A DNA stretch of 64,000 nt. It comes from Octopus bimaculoides (taxonomy: Eukaryota). The stretch is taken from positions 20,982,835-21,046,834 of the forward strand of contig NC_068985.1 of the NCBI RefSeq assembly GCF_001194135.2. Reading direction: 5' to 3'. The notes below the pieces were generated by a model. That model was not told the DNA's origin, searched no databases, and saw only the letters and a program-made list of their open reading frames with translations. Positions 26,282 through 39,200 of the stretch are shown here, one piece after another (the first letter of the stretch is position 1; each line of letters starts with the position of its first letter). The position numbers and the translations under genes are program-made.

Positions 26282-26852
26282 ATATTTATATATTTACATG
26301 TATACACAAATATCCATATATGTGTATGCATGTATGCATATACGTTAATATAGTAATATATATGTATGTGTGTGTGTGTGTGTAGTTATGAATTAAGATA
26401 CACCTGGCCAATTAATGTTTCCATTTTCTCCCTTTTTACCATCATAAATACCATTAATTTCATATATACATATTCTAACCAGTTTTTATTTATTTATTAT
26501 TTTATTTCATTCTTACTCTAAAGTAAATAATAAACCAATCCCAATTCTCATTTCAGCAAACATTATTTAAACACCATTAGAAAAGTGAAAGCTTCTGTAA
26601 CTGCTTGACAGCTAGATATTGATAATTAATCTATTCTCCACTAGATAGTCTGAAGAGAAAAACTAACAAATTACTTCATATAGTCAAAATAATATTCCTA
26701 TATTTAGTTTTGTTTTAGTTTTTAGTTTTTTTTTAATGGTTACATTTTATAAAAACTATAATGTATTCACAGTTGTCATACATAACGTAAAAGAGCTACA
26801 TGTAAGGAGCATGGCTTGGGAGACAGTCTATATTACAAAAATATCTAAGATC

Positions 26853-27023
26853 ATTACATGTGTATAAGGGATGACCACTAAGTAGACATCCAATATGCTA
26901 GAAAGAGGTCATCAATGACCCAACCACAAAGAAAAATAATGTTCTCCAGAAAAAACTTTATTGATGACCTCTTTCTAGCATATTGGATGTCCACTTAGTG
27001 GTCATCCCTTATACACGTGTAAT
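26853..27023. repeat. Fold-back element (MITE-like): 64-bp arms 26853-26916 and 26960-27023, 43-nt spacer
   Basis: 62/64 reverse-complement identity read directly. Confidence 0.9.
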
Positions 27024-30000
27024 ACAATTTTTCTGAATTTTCAGACTTTTTTATATGCTAGGCCACTTGGTTTTAAATTGAATTAATATTCAATTTATCA
27101 CCCTCTATATATAAATAAGAAGATCATTATTTAACTTTAGTGATAGCAAAAGCCTTAGAAGTGCTTACTTAATAATCAGGTGATCTCTAGTTTGACCTTT
27201 CTGTGCAACATCTTGGGCATGCGTCTAAACATTAGCCTTCAATCTATCCAAGCCTTGTGAATGAAATTGAGTTGACAGAAACTAAGTTCGAAGCTTATCA
27301 AATAGATTATGCCTATATTTCAAAGGGTTAGCCTTGTCACACACAGTTATGCTGATTCTCCTTGAGAATTATGCTATGAGCATGTGTGCTTGTGGATTAC
27401 TCAGCAACTTGCATGTTAATTCAAGCCATTCTGGTAATCTGATCAGTTGGGACATTCCTTATTAGAACCAAGAAAGATCCATTAAGCATTCATTAAAAGA
27501 AATTGTACCTTCACTTTATATTTCTGTCGTCATATATTGTAGTTTAGAGAATAATCTAGAAAAAGCTTGTTGATTTTCTTTGCCACCTTTATAACTGATT
27601 AATTACTGATCTCAGATATTGGTGGTGAATAGAATTAATATCATTGTCTGACTTGCAACATCAAAAGCTTTAATGTTTACCATGGTGTTTGAGTTACTAC
27701 TTTTCCCCACCATTTCATCAAAGACTAAAATGTTCAGCTTAGCAATATCCAATCACTCATATATATCGCTTCTCCCCAGTGTATCTAATGGTTCAAAGAC
27801 ATTGGAGTTGTGCTATGAGCATCACACTAATATGGTCTAATGCATAATGCACAAGCATACTTTTACTGTTTTCACTTATTGGACTGTGGCTATGCTGGCA
27901 TATCACTACAGTTGTTAGTGTTGATCCAGTACTAATTTTTAGTGTAGCATTTATTTTATGGAACACTGTTTTCAAACCAATATTTTACAGTAGTTAGAGT
28001 TGGTAGAGACAACATAAACATCTTTTTAATTTACTATAAACATAAACGTACATACATACATTACATCTTTGCATGTAAATTAACAGTATAAACTTATATA
28101 CTAGACTTAAGTGAATGTTGTAATATTGGGACTTACTATAGATTCAGTTTCTAGCAAAACATTTTCTGTTTGTAGGACAAGATGAATATTACAATTGCAC
28201 TTACTTAAGCTTGGTATTTGATTTTGGTTACCAGTTTAAAATAATTTTAAATGGTTATAAATGGCTAAAGTTTTTTTTTTTAACTTGTCGGTTGTCAAAT
28301 ATGATATATCTACATTGTGTTTGTTTACCATCCTGTATCACTTAAATTAGGAAAGAACTGTTTTTGTTGAATTCTGATAAATAGTGTGGTGATTGGTGTA
28401 GAGGATTGTAGGTTGAAAAGTGGAGTCACCTCAATAATCTTTTTATTTCTGTTTCTTTTTTGTCTTTAGATTGTGGTATTGGGTGAAATGTGTATTTAGC
28501 TTTTTTTATATCCATTATTAAGTGCTTCATTGTAAGATGCTAAGACTTTTATGAAAAATTATTTGTTGGAAATAGATTAAAGGATCTTAATGAAATATTC
28601 TTAAAAGATGTATTAATACATATATAAATATATTTAAATGCATATTCAATGAGCTTCTGCTCTGGCTACATCTACCAAATTCCTCTTACAAGATATTAGA
28701 GAACCAGGTGCAATAGTAGGAAACAATTACCCAAAGTGCTACACAGTGGAATCAAACTTGGAGTTACATTGCTGCAAAGCAGACTATTTAGCCATGCATC
28801 CATGCCTGAACTGCTCTATATATATTCATGATATATAAAAGTGAATGTAAATATGTTGAAGGTTGTATCCCTAGCTATCTGAATATTTTGCAGAAGAGTA
28901 CATCTTTTCAAGAAGCTCATTGGCTACATAACTTTTTCTGACATTTTCTATACTCTGAAGAAAACTAAGAATATTGTATATCCAAGCATTGCAAAATGCA
29001 TGTCACTGGTTATTCCTCTTTATTGCTGATAACTCTTAAGGAAGGAAAATTTTATTTTAATAATTTTTTCTTTTGCAAATAGAGTAAATAGGAAGAACTT
29101 AAAACTACTGATTCAGCAACTCTACATGATAAAGGCCTTTAGTGAGTCCTCTAACTATAAATAAAGGCCTTGTGAAAGAGAAGCTAAAATATTCGCTCAC
29201 CATTCCTAAGTTAAGGATTCCACTCTTTCCATGATCTAAGATTACTAAAAATATTATGTAAGAAGGAATGCCACTGCTTCATGTCCTCTCATACATACAT
29301 GTTTCAAGTTTCATAACGAAGAAACTTAAGGCACAACAATTAACAGGAATTATCTTAAGAAAATAAATATGTTTCAGTTTTTAACATTGTTTGGTCCAGA
29401 GTGCTAAGTCAGTTTTAGATATTGGCCATAAAAGTTTCTTTGCTCTTATTCTTCCGAAAAATTTGGCAATTGTTTGATACTATACTTGTCACTACAAATG
29501 ACAACTTAAAACCTATCATTCATTAAGAAAGCAAGTATATCTTTCTCTGTGAAGCTTATGGTTGCTCAGTGTTTATTCTAGCTTGTCTTGGATACTGGGG
29601 TTATGCAGTGGATTTTGTTTTAAATTGTCAAGGTGCCAATTTACTAATATCTGCATTTAGTTGTCAGTTTCTTGTAAGTGAAAATACATTTCAATCAAAC
29701 CAGCCCTTACATTCCCAACCTTTGTGGTTTAATCTCTGGAGGGAAAAAAATTACTGAAACAATCTCCAATAAAACATAAACAAAGATTAACAGTGTTCAC
29801 AAAGTAACAGGAAGTCTTTATGAACCAATAAATAAGTCTCTCCACATCGTTGTTGCAGTTGTTAACAATAACACCCAAATCTTCTTTACATAAATTACTT
29901 TAAAAGAAATATGCTTCTGACTAGAGTATCGATGAACAGATGAGAGGGTCATCATAGATGAATTGCCAATTGAACACAGTGAAAAAGTTGAGTAAAAAGA

Positions 30001-30896
30001 ATTTCTTCCCTTTAGGGAAGAATTTTTTTGTTGCTTCAGGGATTTTGAACATTTTTTTTTTCTTTTTAAAAGTTTCATTTCAATTTATTCCTCTTCTTCA
30101 TGTCCATTTCTCTTTGGTACATTCTTGGAACAGAGGGTAGATTTACTATTTGGTTTTTATTTTATTTTTTTTTTTTATATAATAAAAAGATTTCTCTGAT
30201 TTTCAAAACTACTAAATTATATTACTCTTAAAACTTTTACCTTACTGTCACATTTCTTTGAGCACTATTGGCTACACAAAATGCTTTTTAAAAACTCTGG
30301 GCCCAATTCATTACTGCTAAGGTTATTAATATATTATTGCATGCAGGGTTAACATTGGAAGTTATTTGTTTAAGGAACTTAGTTTGGACTTAAGCAATGC
30401 ACAATCACTTGCTACTAATGTGTAAACATTTTTACTTCCATTGTTCAACTAACAGAAAGCATTTGAAAAATTTTATGTAGAAGTTATAGACTTAATTATT
30501 TCAATGTTGATTATTTATAGAAGAAAGAATTGTTTACTTTCTATTTCTAAGACATTGAAAGTAGTAGCTAAGTTTTCAGTCATAATGACTAAAATTTAAA
30601 ATTTGTTGGCTAACATTTGCTTTATTAAGTGTAGTTTTAAGAATAAGCTTAATATATGAGAAAGTACATCCAAAGTGTATTTTTTCTCTATACTAATTTT
30701 TTGGTAAAGTTTCTCTGTAGTCATTTAGTTAATGTTATAAAACTCCTGAGCTTTTTAAGTAACAAAATAAGGCATAAAATAACCATCTATGTATCATACT
30801 TAATTTGTAGCTACTGTTAATAGACTAGTTACTCTGGTATTTGTCCTGAGATAACATCTCTTATGGACATACTATGTCAAAAATAATAGATATCAG

Positions 30897-30941
30897 AGGG
30901 AGATGAAAAATCAAGCCAGCAGCAGCCAGTGAGGACATCAG
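30897..30941 (+). CDS. Possible 45-nt phase 1-1 cassette exon, (K)GDEKSSQQQPVRTS
   Basis: GC-rich island, CAG|GTGCAT donor, open frame, length 3n. The acceptor lacks a good pyrimidine tract. Confidence 0.3.
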
Positions 30942-33900
30942 GTGCATTTCAGCCTTTTTTAGCCACTTCATTGATGTGTACTCAACCAGCCACATATCTG
31001 AACGATAGTTCATCATCTCTGATATAAGAAATAGTGATTCTTAATGTTGTAAATAGCCACTCAGATGAATAAAAAATCTGGTATATGCAAGTGAGGCTGT
31101 TTAGTATTTAAAAACTAATTTATGGCATCTATATTATCTCCAAATGTTATTTTACTTTTTAAACTTAAGCACTATTTGACATGGTTTGAGGATAGGTTGT
31201 CAAAATAGATTAAAAGGAACTTAATATTTTCTTTTAGTTATTATAGAAATTAATGAAAGGGTGTGTTCCCTACAGGCTATATTGTACCAGAGACAATATA
31301 TATACAATTCTGGTTCCTTTCTTTATAGAACATTCATTTACGATTTGTGTTCTCTTTCAATAAGATAAATGATTTGGTGAATTTTCCTGTTCACAATGCT
31401 TAACATAAAGACAAGTGTGTATATTTTATTAGAAAAAGAAACTTTTTGAACTGTATTGTTAAATTTCATGTTTCCAATTGATCAACAAAAATTTGAACAG
31501 TTAGAAATGTGAAAGCTAGACTTACAACTCAAAAAAATCTTCAGTTTCTAATTGTATATATATATATGTATATNNNNNNNNNNGTGTTGATAGAGATTTG
31601 TAGATTTACTGATTGGGTTTTTCAACCAGACCAGTTGAATAAGCAGATAGGCAAAGTACCCATCAACTCAAAATTTATAATAAATTTGACTCTACACTTA
31701 GTATTGAGGTATCGAGTCACCTTACAGTAAATGTTATTCTTAAATTAGCTTTCAAATATTTTTCAACAACCTCAGTTTAACTATACTTTTATACATATTT
31801 AAATTGAAGTTGTTATATCTGTGTGTGTATGTTTGAATTCGGTAATACTAAGCAAATAATAAATTTCATATTGTAAGAGATATATTTCTAGTCACAAATA
31901 TATTGAATTGTTTGAAGAAATTTCTCTGAGTACTGAGTGTATATTTTACATATAGCAATTGTCTAGGAATAATTTCATAATTAACAATACAATTTAAAGA
32001 GAAGAGCAAATACGACTTAATGTTGATCTCTATAAATTGTATTGTTAATTATAAAATTATTCTTAGACAATTGCAACAATACACTTGGTACTCCATGAAA
32101 CTTCTTCAAATGTTCTATATATTTTATTTCTGACTTGAGGAGATTTATCATTAGCTTAATGTTACTAAATTCTTATATTTACATAATTATTCAACCAGAC
32201 TTAGATAAACTTAGATACATTTCAGTAAAAGTTTTGGTTTTGTCTAACTTAATAGTCCTGTCTGAAAAAATCTCTATAAGTAATTTGAAGTCAAGTTTTG
32301 TGTATCACAGCCTATTCAAAAAGAGAGTTGTTCACTGAACCTATTCAAACGGGTAGTTGTTCACCCAGGTATGGGTGTCTTGTCTAGATATCATTTGAAA
32401 GTTATGGGATCTTCTTTGATTGGTTTTAGGTCAATATTAGATGGCGTAGGGTTAGTTGAAGAAAAGTATCTTTGTTGCAAGGTGACTATGTGTTCTGAGC
32501 CTGATTTGTGTAGGGACATATAGCAGGGGTTCTAGTCTTGTTAAGGTTATTTGAGCAATGCTGGTAGCACATATATATGCATACATATATATAACTTGCT
32601 AGCTAGGTATATATGTATATATATTGATGTTTTGAAAACTTTTGATCAAAATCCTAACTAAGTTGAAATGATATTCAAATGAGGAATAAGTTCCTTATGA
32701 ATAATGCTATGAATCAATTGATTATGGCATCTCTTGTGTTGATATCACCTTGGCCTTGTTAACAAAGCAAAGGGGCTGTGCAAAAGAGGGCTGACGTAGG
32801 ATTTATACAGCTTTGACAGTTAATTTACTAGTAGAACGTTCTTACAGACCGGGTTTTTTTTATCTTTATCATGTTATTCAGCTAAATAGCCTAATTATAA
32901 GTCATTAACAAAACTAAGGAAATAAATATCATTTCTATAACTCATTTCTAAATTAACTAATGCCTAAGAAGAACTTTACCAGTTTTATGTTTACATATGC
33001 AATGATCAATATTCACTATCACAGTTAGCAGCACAATTACTAATTCTGAATATTTAATAAATTTTTATGGAAGTAATTCATTATTATATGTTTAAAGAAA
33101 ATGTTACATAATTTTAAAAAATTTAATAATATTAAATGACATTGATAGTATTAATTATTAAATTGTTCAATATTTATTAAAATTCTAAAGCTATTGCTCA
33201 TGTGTGTATATATATATACTATTATGATTGATATTTAAAAGATTTACTGGACATATTTCTTCAGAAATCTGTTGTGTATTTTCTAACAAATAATTCTAAG
33301 GAAGGAAATATTTTAAAATTAAATGAACTTCAGTAAAGAATCCAGTTAACTGAAACAAAAGCTCAAAATCATTGATTTATGTCGTATAATTAATACTTTA
33401 AATAACTCTTTAAGTTAACCAATTCACAAATAATATTGTGTGTTAAGTAGATAGTCTATAGATTGATTTAATTTGATGATGGAGATTTCATAATAGATTT
33501 CAGAGCCAGGCATTTCCTTGTTTTATTATTGAATTAAATTTCCATTCTTTTTGGAAATTATTGTCTAAATTTCTGATTTAACTCTTCCATTATTTGAAGT
33601 ATCACCTGTGTTATTCAGGGGATACTTCATTGCTTTTGCTTTTTAATCTAGATTCATTAAAAGAATATTGTATAGGGATATCTTTCTTAAGGGTAAAGTT
33701 ATATTTCTGAAAAGACATGACACATTTTTTGCTATTTTATAATAAGTCCTCACAAGATCTGATATATGAAATAGAAAGAACCAAAGTAGATACAGCAATT
33801 AATTTGTTTAACCCACATTGATGGTTTTTCTGTTGGGATATTTCTTAATTATCTAATGACATTATAGCTTGAGGGAGGGATCTTTTTATAACAAATAATA

Positions 33901-34740
33901 GTTAAGTATAATTTTAAATTAAATGTGAGAGAATTTCCCTTCGTTACTGATCACTTGTTGAGTGACTTAGGGAAGCACCATCAAACATAGTTGCAGATAT
34001 GGAGAAAAGAAATTTGTGGAGCATATTTTCTCAAGTAATACAAATGGAGAAGTACTTTCTTTTCCTCAGTTAAGCATTTAATTTTAGAAACTGAAGTTTC
34101 TATGCTGATTTTTGCCAGTTTTCAATTTCTATATGAAATATACTTCCTGTTTTCAACAGCAATCTTGGTTTCAACTAATTCTCAATGAATTCACTTTAGC
34201 CGTCATCCATTTAAAATTTCCTTTAGTGAAATACATGTGTAAATAGGATTTTGATACATGTCTCACTGAGACTAATGCATATGATTGTCCTTTCATATTT
34301 TTGAGACATTGATATAAGGAATGGAAGGGTTTCTGGATCCATTAGTTTAATATTGTTCAATAACTTAATTTTACCTATGTTACATAGCTTTATTATTTCA
34401 AATTATAGTGTTTTTATTTCCTCAGAATTTTATGATTAAGATTAACTTTTGCTCAAAATATTTTAGAATATTTTAAATTAATATTAGAATATTTTAAATT
34501 AATGCAAAAATTTCAATGGTTTTAATGTTTGATAATCTAAACAATTGATCTCCATCATATATATATTTAGGAAATAGTTGCTATAAGTGTGTAAAATAAT
34601 CTCACTAGTTAGGCTAATTTCTATATCACATAACACACATATTTAACCATAGTTTAAAAAAAAGAAAAGAAATTTCTTAATTACGTATATTTTTTTTTTT
34701 TTTGCACAACCGCAAACTCCATAACCTTTTTTATTTTCAG

Positions 34741-34847
34741 AATTGCAAATTTGCCTTCTACGGCAGTGTTCCCGACCTGATGACTGCTCATGTCCCTGCC
34801 ATAGCACACAAAAGTCATGGTCTAACAGTAATCAGTTTAATCGCTGA
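34741..34847 (+). CDS. Candidate last (or cassette) coding exon; phase-1 frame reads (K/E)LQICLLRQCSRPDDCSCPCHSTQKSWSNSNQFNR*
   Basis: Strong acceptor CCTTTTTTATTTTCAG with upstream T-run and a sharp rise in GC after it. Frame chosen to match 5295-5333; the other two frames are also briefly open. Confidence 0.55.
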
Positions 34848-35687
34848 TTATAGCTGCCAAATTAGGCCATGGATGCATTAGTCCAAATAAATCAGCTCAC
34901 AGTCCCCCGCCCCCAGTACAAAGGGACACAATGGGAAATTTTGTTGCTGTTGCTCTCTGGACAGTGTCAGCAAATACACATCTTGTTGAAGCCACATGAG
35001 ATACCTTCATTGTTCTGTTCAAGCATGTTATAACTTACCAATAAGTGGTGACTAATCATATTTCTTATCTTGTTTTGGTTTTCTTTTTTCTTTCTTTTTC
35101 ATTTATTATATATTTATTGACTAAAATCATTTGATCAATAACCCCAAACATTTACCACTGGTATGAGTGAAGAAGAACCATCCAATATAACTTAAGAATT
35201 GAAGCTAAATATTGAAGAAGACTATTACTTAAGTAATTCCTCTTAAGGTTTTCTTTCAAATATAAATATTTTAATGAGGAAAGGAATACCTACATCATTC
35301 TGTTGTTTCTTTTTTTCTTTCTAATGGTTTTGGGATTTATCTAACAAAATATTTCCACTTCAACTTGTGTTCTTTTCCTTCTTATTTGATTTGTTTATTG
35401 CTCTTTCCTTTTTATGATTTTCTTTATGGATTTAAGGGATTCTGTTTTAACTTTCAAACACAGTGCATTGGTCATTTGTGTTATATCAAGGGATTTTATA
35501 TATATCCATATGATACACTTAACTTAAAGAAAAAAATATAATATTTCTGTTTCATTAAATGTTGTTTTAAACATTTTATAAACATAAAAATAAAAAAAAG
35601 CCTATCTGTCTGCTTGCAGATCTGTGTAATATTCAGTGCTTCCAAATGGTTATTAAAAAACCTGCTTATTTTTTATATTTGTTGTAG

Positions 35688-35794
35688 GTATGCATGATAT
35701 AGTCATACAGAGCCTGGGGTCAGAGTTCAAGTATTACTACAAAATAACAAGCCCAGCCAAAAAGAACCCACCTTCGTTAAATAACCCTCATTGA
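35688..35794 (+). CDS. Candidate last coding exon, phase 1, (S/G)MHDIVIQSLGSEFKYYYKITSPAKKNPPSLNNPH*
   Basis: Acceptor CTGCTTATTTTTTATATTTGTTGTAG and a 35-codon open frame compatible with upstream phase-1 exons. Confidence 0.5.
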
Positions 35795-35937
35795 TGGTCT
35801 AACATAATGAGTGATTATTTTTACTCCAACTGAATTTACAGAACAAAGGATTAGAACAAAACAGAAACAAGAAGGTTTGATAGTTCCGGTTAAATTGTTA
35901 ACCAGGCCAGTGAGTGATGAGATCAAGTTTAAATGTT

Positions 35938-35953
35938 CTCATTTCATTCAGTA
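35938..35953 (+). promoter_or_regulatory. Possible initiator cluster (TCATTC/TCAGT) for a downstream transcript
   Basis: Overlapping arthropod-type Inr-like motifs ~320 nt upstream of the candidate ATG at 36266. Motif match only. Confidence 0.25.
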
Positions 35954-36265
35954 TGTTGCTGCTATAACAGATGTGTTTGTCTGTCTGTCCGTCTGCTAAT
36001 TGTTACATCAAAAAAAAATGCAGACTTCTGGTGGCATAAAAAGACAATCCTTTTTTTGTTAATGTTTTGAAAAAAACCCTCTGATCTGTGTCAACGGTTA
36101 CATTTGTTGTAAAAGAAGTTTTTCTTGGTACTAAGATCAGGGGGGAAAAAAGGGGGAAATCTGGTCCAAAGACAAATTTTAACATTTTTGATTGAATTTC
36201 TCGTGGAGGAAACAAACTTGGTGAGTTGTCTATAGGAGAACTGTTCTTTACCACATTCTGACTAA

Positions 36266-36283
36266 ATGGAGACAGTCGGCATG
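36266..36283 (+). CDS. Candidate first coding exon end, METVGM, phase 0
   Basis: In-frame TAA immediately before ATG, strong donor ATG|GTAAGG, second donor TTG|GTGAGT at ~36220, phase matches 42022-42084. Confidence 0.4.
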
Positions 36284-39200
36284 GTAAGGAAGAATCTTCT
36301 CCAGAAATCTTCTCAAGATTTAACCACAGCCCTCCGCCCCTCTGGCACTATTTTTATTAATCAACAAAAGTTCATTAATGTATGAGGCAATAAGTGAAAC
36401 CATAAATGTAAATCAGAACAGCATCCTTAAGAATTTTTTAAAAATTATATATATAAACATATATATTTATTTTTATGAGTAGTCGGATGTATTGTTCTAC
36501 TTCCAAATATTTATCTTTCAGTATTTGCCTGATATATGGATAGTTCCAAACTATCCTTTAATTTTTGTCCAGTTGTTGTTGTTGCCACTCTTCTCTTTAA
36601 TAACACACTCTGTATATATCAGTGAAATAGTAGTTTAGAGATCTAAACTTGTTTCGAAACTAAAGCACAAAATATTCTGGTCCATCTGGAAATCAAATTG
36701 CCCTTTTTCAAGGCAAGTTGATATCTTGCAGACATGGAGCCAAGAAGATTAATTCCGAATTTACTTGTAGCATCCCATCAGTAAAGAGAAGATTAAATTG
36801 AAAATCTGCAACAATGACAATCAAACAGACAAGAGCTAGTTCAAATTTTCCATCCAATGATAACATACTAGATTATCATTTTTCTTTTTTTTTTTTTGTC
36901 ATCAGTCAATATTGTTTCCAAGATTTGATTGAAAGAAAATAGTACTGTGTGTCTATATAAATAAAATATGAGTGTGGTGTGAAAGGAATGGCTGTCTGTG
37001 TGTATGAGGATTTGCATGTGTGTGCCTGTGAGTTTATGTGTTTAAGTGGTGCGATCTTATTCCAATTGGTCCAGACTTTATCTTTTCAAAGAAAAAGAAA
37101 AGATCAAGAATAGTAAAACTGCACATTCAAGCACAAAAGAAGAAAAATAAAACTGTTCTGGTGATTTGACTGAATTGTGTAGTTATAATCTCTTATTGGT
37201 TGTTGACACTGAAGGGCAGATTTTGTAAACAGGCCAAGGCAAGTTAAACGATAAATTATTTTATGGTTGATTTTTTTTTTTTTTTGCTATTTAATTCTGT
37301 TCATTTTTTTTTAACTGCTCCTTCTCTTAAAACAATTTTTTTTATTTTTTATGAATGTAAATATTTAAACATTTGTTAACAGTATACATAAGTTAAACTA
37401 TATATTAAAAAAAAAAGGTGTATTGTTTTATAATATAATTACCATAATCTATAAACAGAACATACTAATTCTTAACTTCCAGTATTTCTTAAAAGCCAAT
37501 ATCAAACTCCCACAGATACGAACACTAATATATACAACATTTGCACACACACACACACACAACCTTATATGTGTACATATAGAAATATATGCATACACAG
37601 TGTAACACATTTCCAATATTATTATTTTTACTTCAAATAAGCTTATTTGCCAATTTCTTTTTAATTAATATTTTATTAATTTCATAAAATTTACACTTTT
37701 TCTTTTACATTTTCCTTTACTGGTGAATTTTTTTTTTAAATTTATTTTCAAATTTCAGATATAATTTCTTCAGTATTAAGAATAAAGGCAGAACAAGTTT
37801 AAGAAAATGATTATATTAAATAAATCCTTTTTTTTTTCTGGGTTTTCCCTCAAACTTTTGTGATATCTAAAGACAACTTTTTGTGTTCTAATCAAAATCA
37901 AAGCAGATAAATTTTAACTTCACACAAAAACTTCCTCTCTTTTTTGTTGTGATGAAAGCAAACAATGTTTTCTTAATTTTTTTTTAATAACTAATCTTTA
38001 AGTTTGAGCACAAGAAAGACATTGTTTATATTTTTTATTTGTATTATTCCCCTAACATTTGTAAAAATTATTTTGTCTTTATAAATTCACACATTCAACC
38101 AATATCGGTTTCTTTTTATCATTTCTTGAAAATATTCTGTTTTGCTCATTGCAGCAATATGAAACTTTCCTACCTTGGACTATGAAATTAAACTACTTCT
38201 AGCTTCTACTACTCCATTTTATGTAGATTGTTACAAACTAGAATCTTATTTATTTTTACCTATGTATCTTTTGTTATTTTACCCATATTATAGATATTAC
38301 AAGTATTCCTGTTAATTTTCTCAGATATGTCTTTTCAGTACTAAAATAATTCAACTTAATACCTGAATACAGTGGAAAACCTTATTACATATGGTATATA
38401 TAGAGCAGTTTATTTTTTAATCATATACAAGTATATACTTATTAGGCAAAATGTTCATATAATTGCTTAGATGTTCCATTTATTATAATAAGGTTTATAT
38501 GTAGACAATAAAAGGAATACAGAATGACTTGTTGCAGCTTCAGATAATTTCAGCTTTAGTTTTCAGTTGCTTCAACAGATTTCTATGTGGTTATTCTTTT
38601 TATATAATAAAAATATTTTTAAAAAAGCGCACTGATTTCAGAAAGCTCTGCCAAAAACTATATATGTAAGTTTTCAAAATAGTAGTATTTCCACTCTTGT
38701 TCTGTAAAGTCAAATAGATTGCTTTATAAATACAGTTAGCTGTGCCTAAGATGCCTAATAGATGTGAAGAGTAATTCGATGTTAAATCAAAAACTGAGAA
38801 AACATCATCACTTGCCTCAACATTATTATCATGTCTATAAATATCATTGCTTTTGTGTTTTATAATCTAGACTCAGGGTTGTCAAACATTTTAAATATAC
38901 ACATACATTGATTCAATTGAGTTGGTTTTACTAATTATACATTTTAATTGTCTGTGGAAGAATATTTGAATATTTAGGCATGAAATTATATATTTTTAGT
39001 GGAGAGGAAATGACATAAACTGCAGCAAAGTTAACTAAATTTGGAATCTACAATTCTAAATGAAAATACTCTATTTCCAATTCTTGAATATTGAAGCATT
39101 GCTAGTGGCCAAATATTTTGAAGTTAATCTCTGTAGAATTTTATTTATTCACCATAATTGTTGAATAATGATATAAAATTCTCCCATTGCTTAATACTAA

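Noticed and set aside
28440-28486. Strong pyrimidine tract followed by a 6-nt microexon-like segment
   Set aside because: Embedded in G/T-skewed sequence resembling the retroelement arms near 52600; donor is weak.
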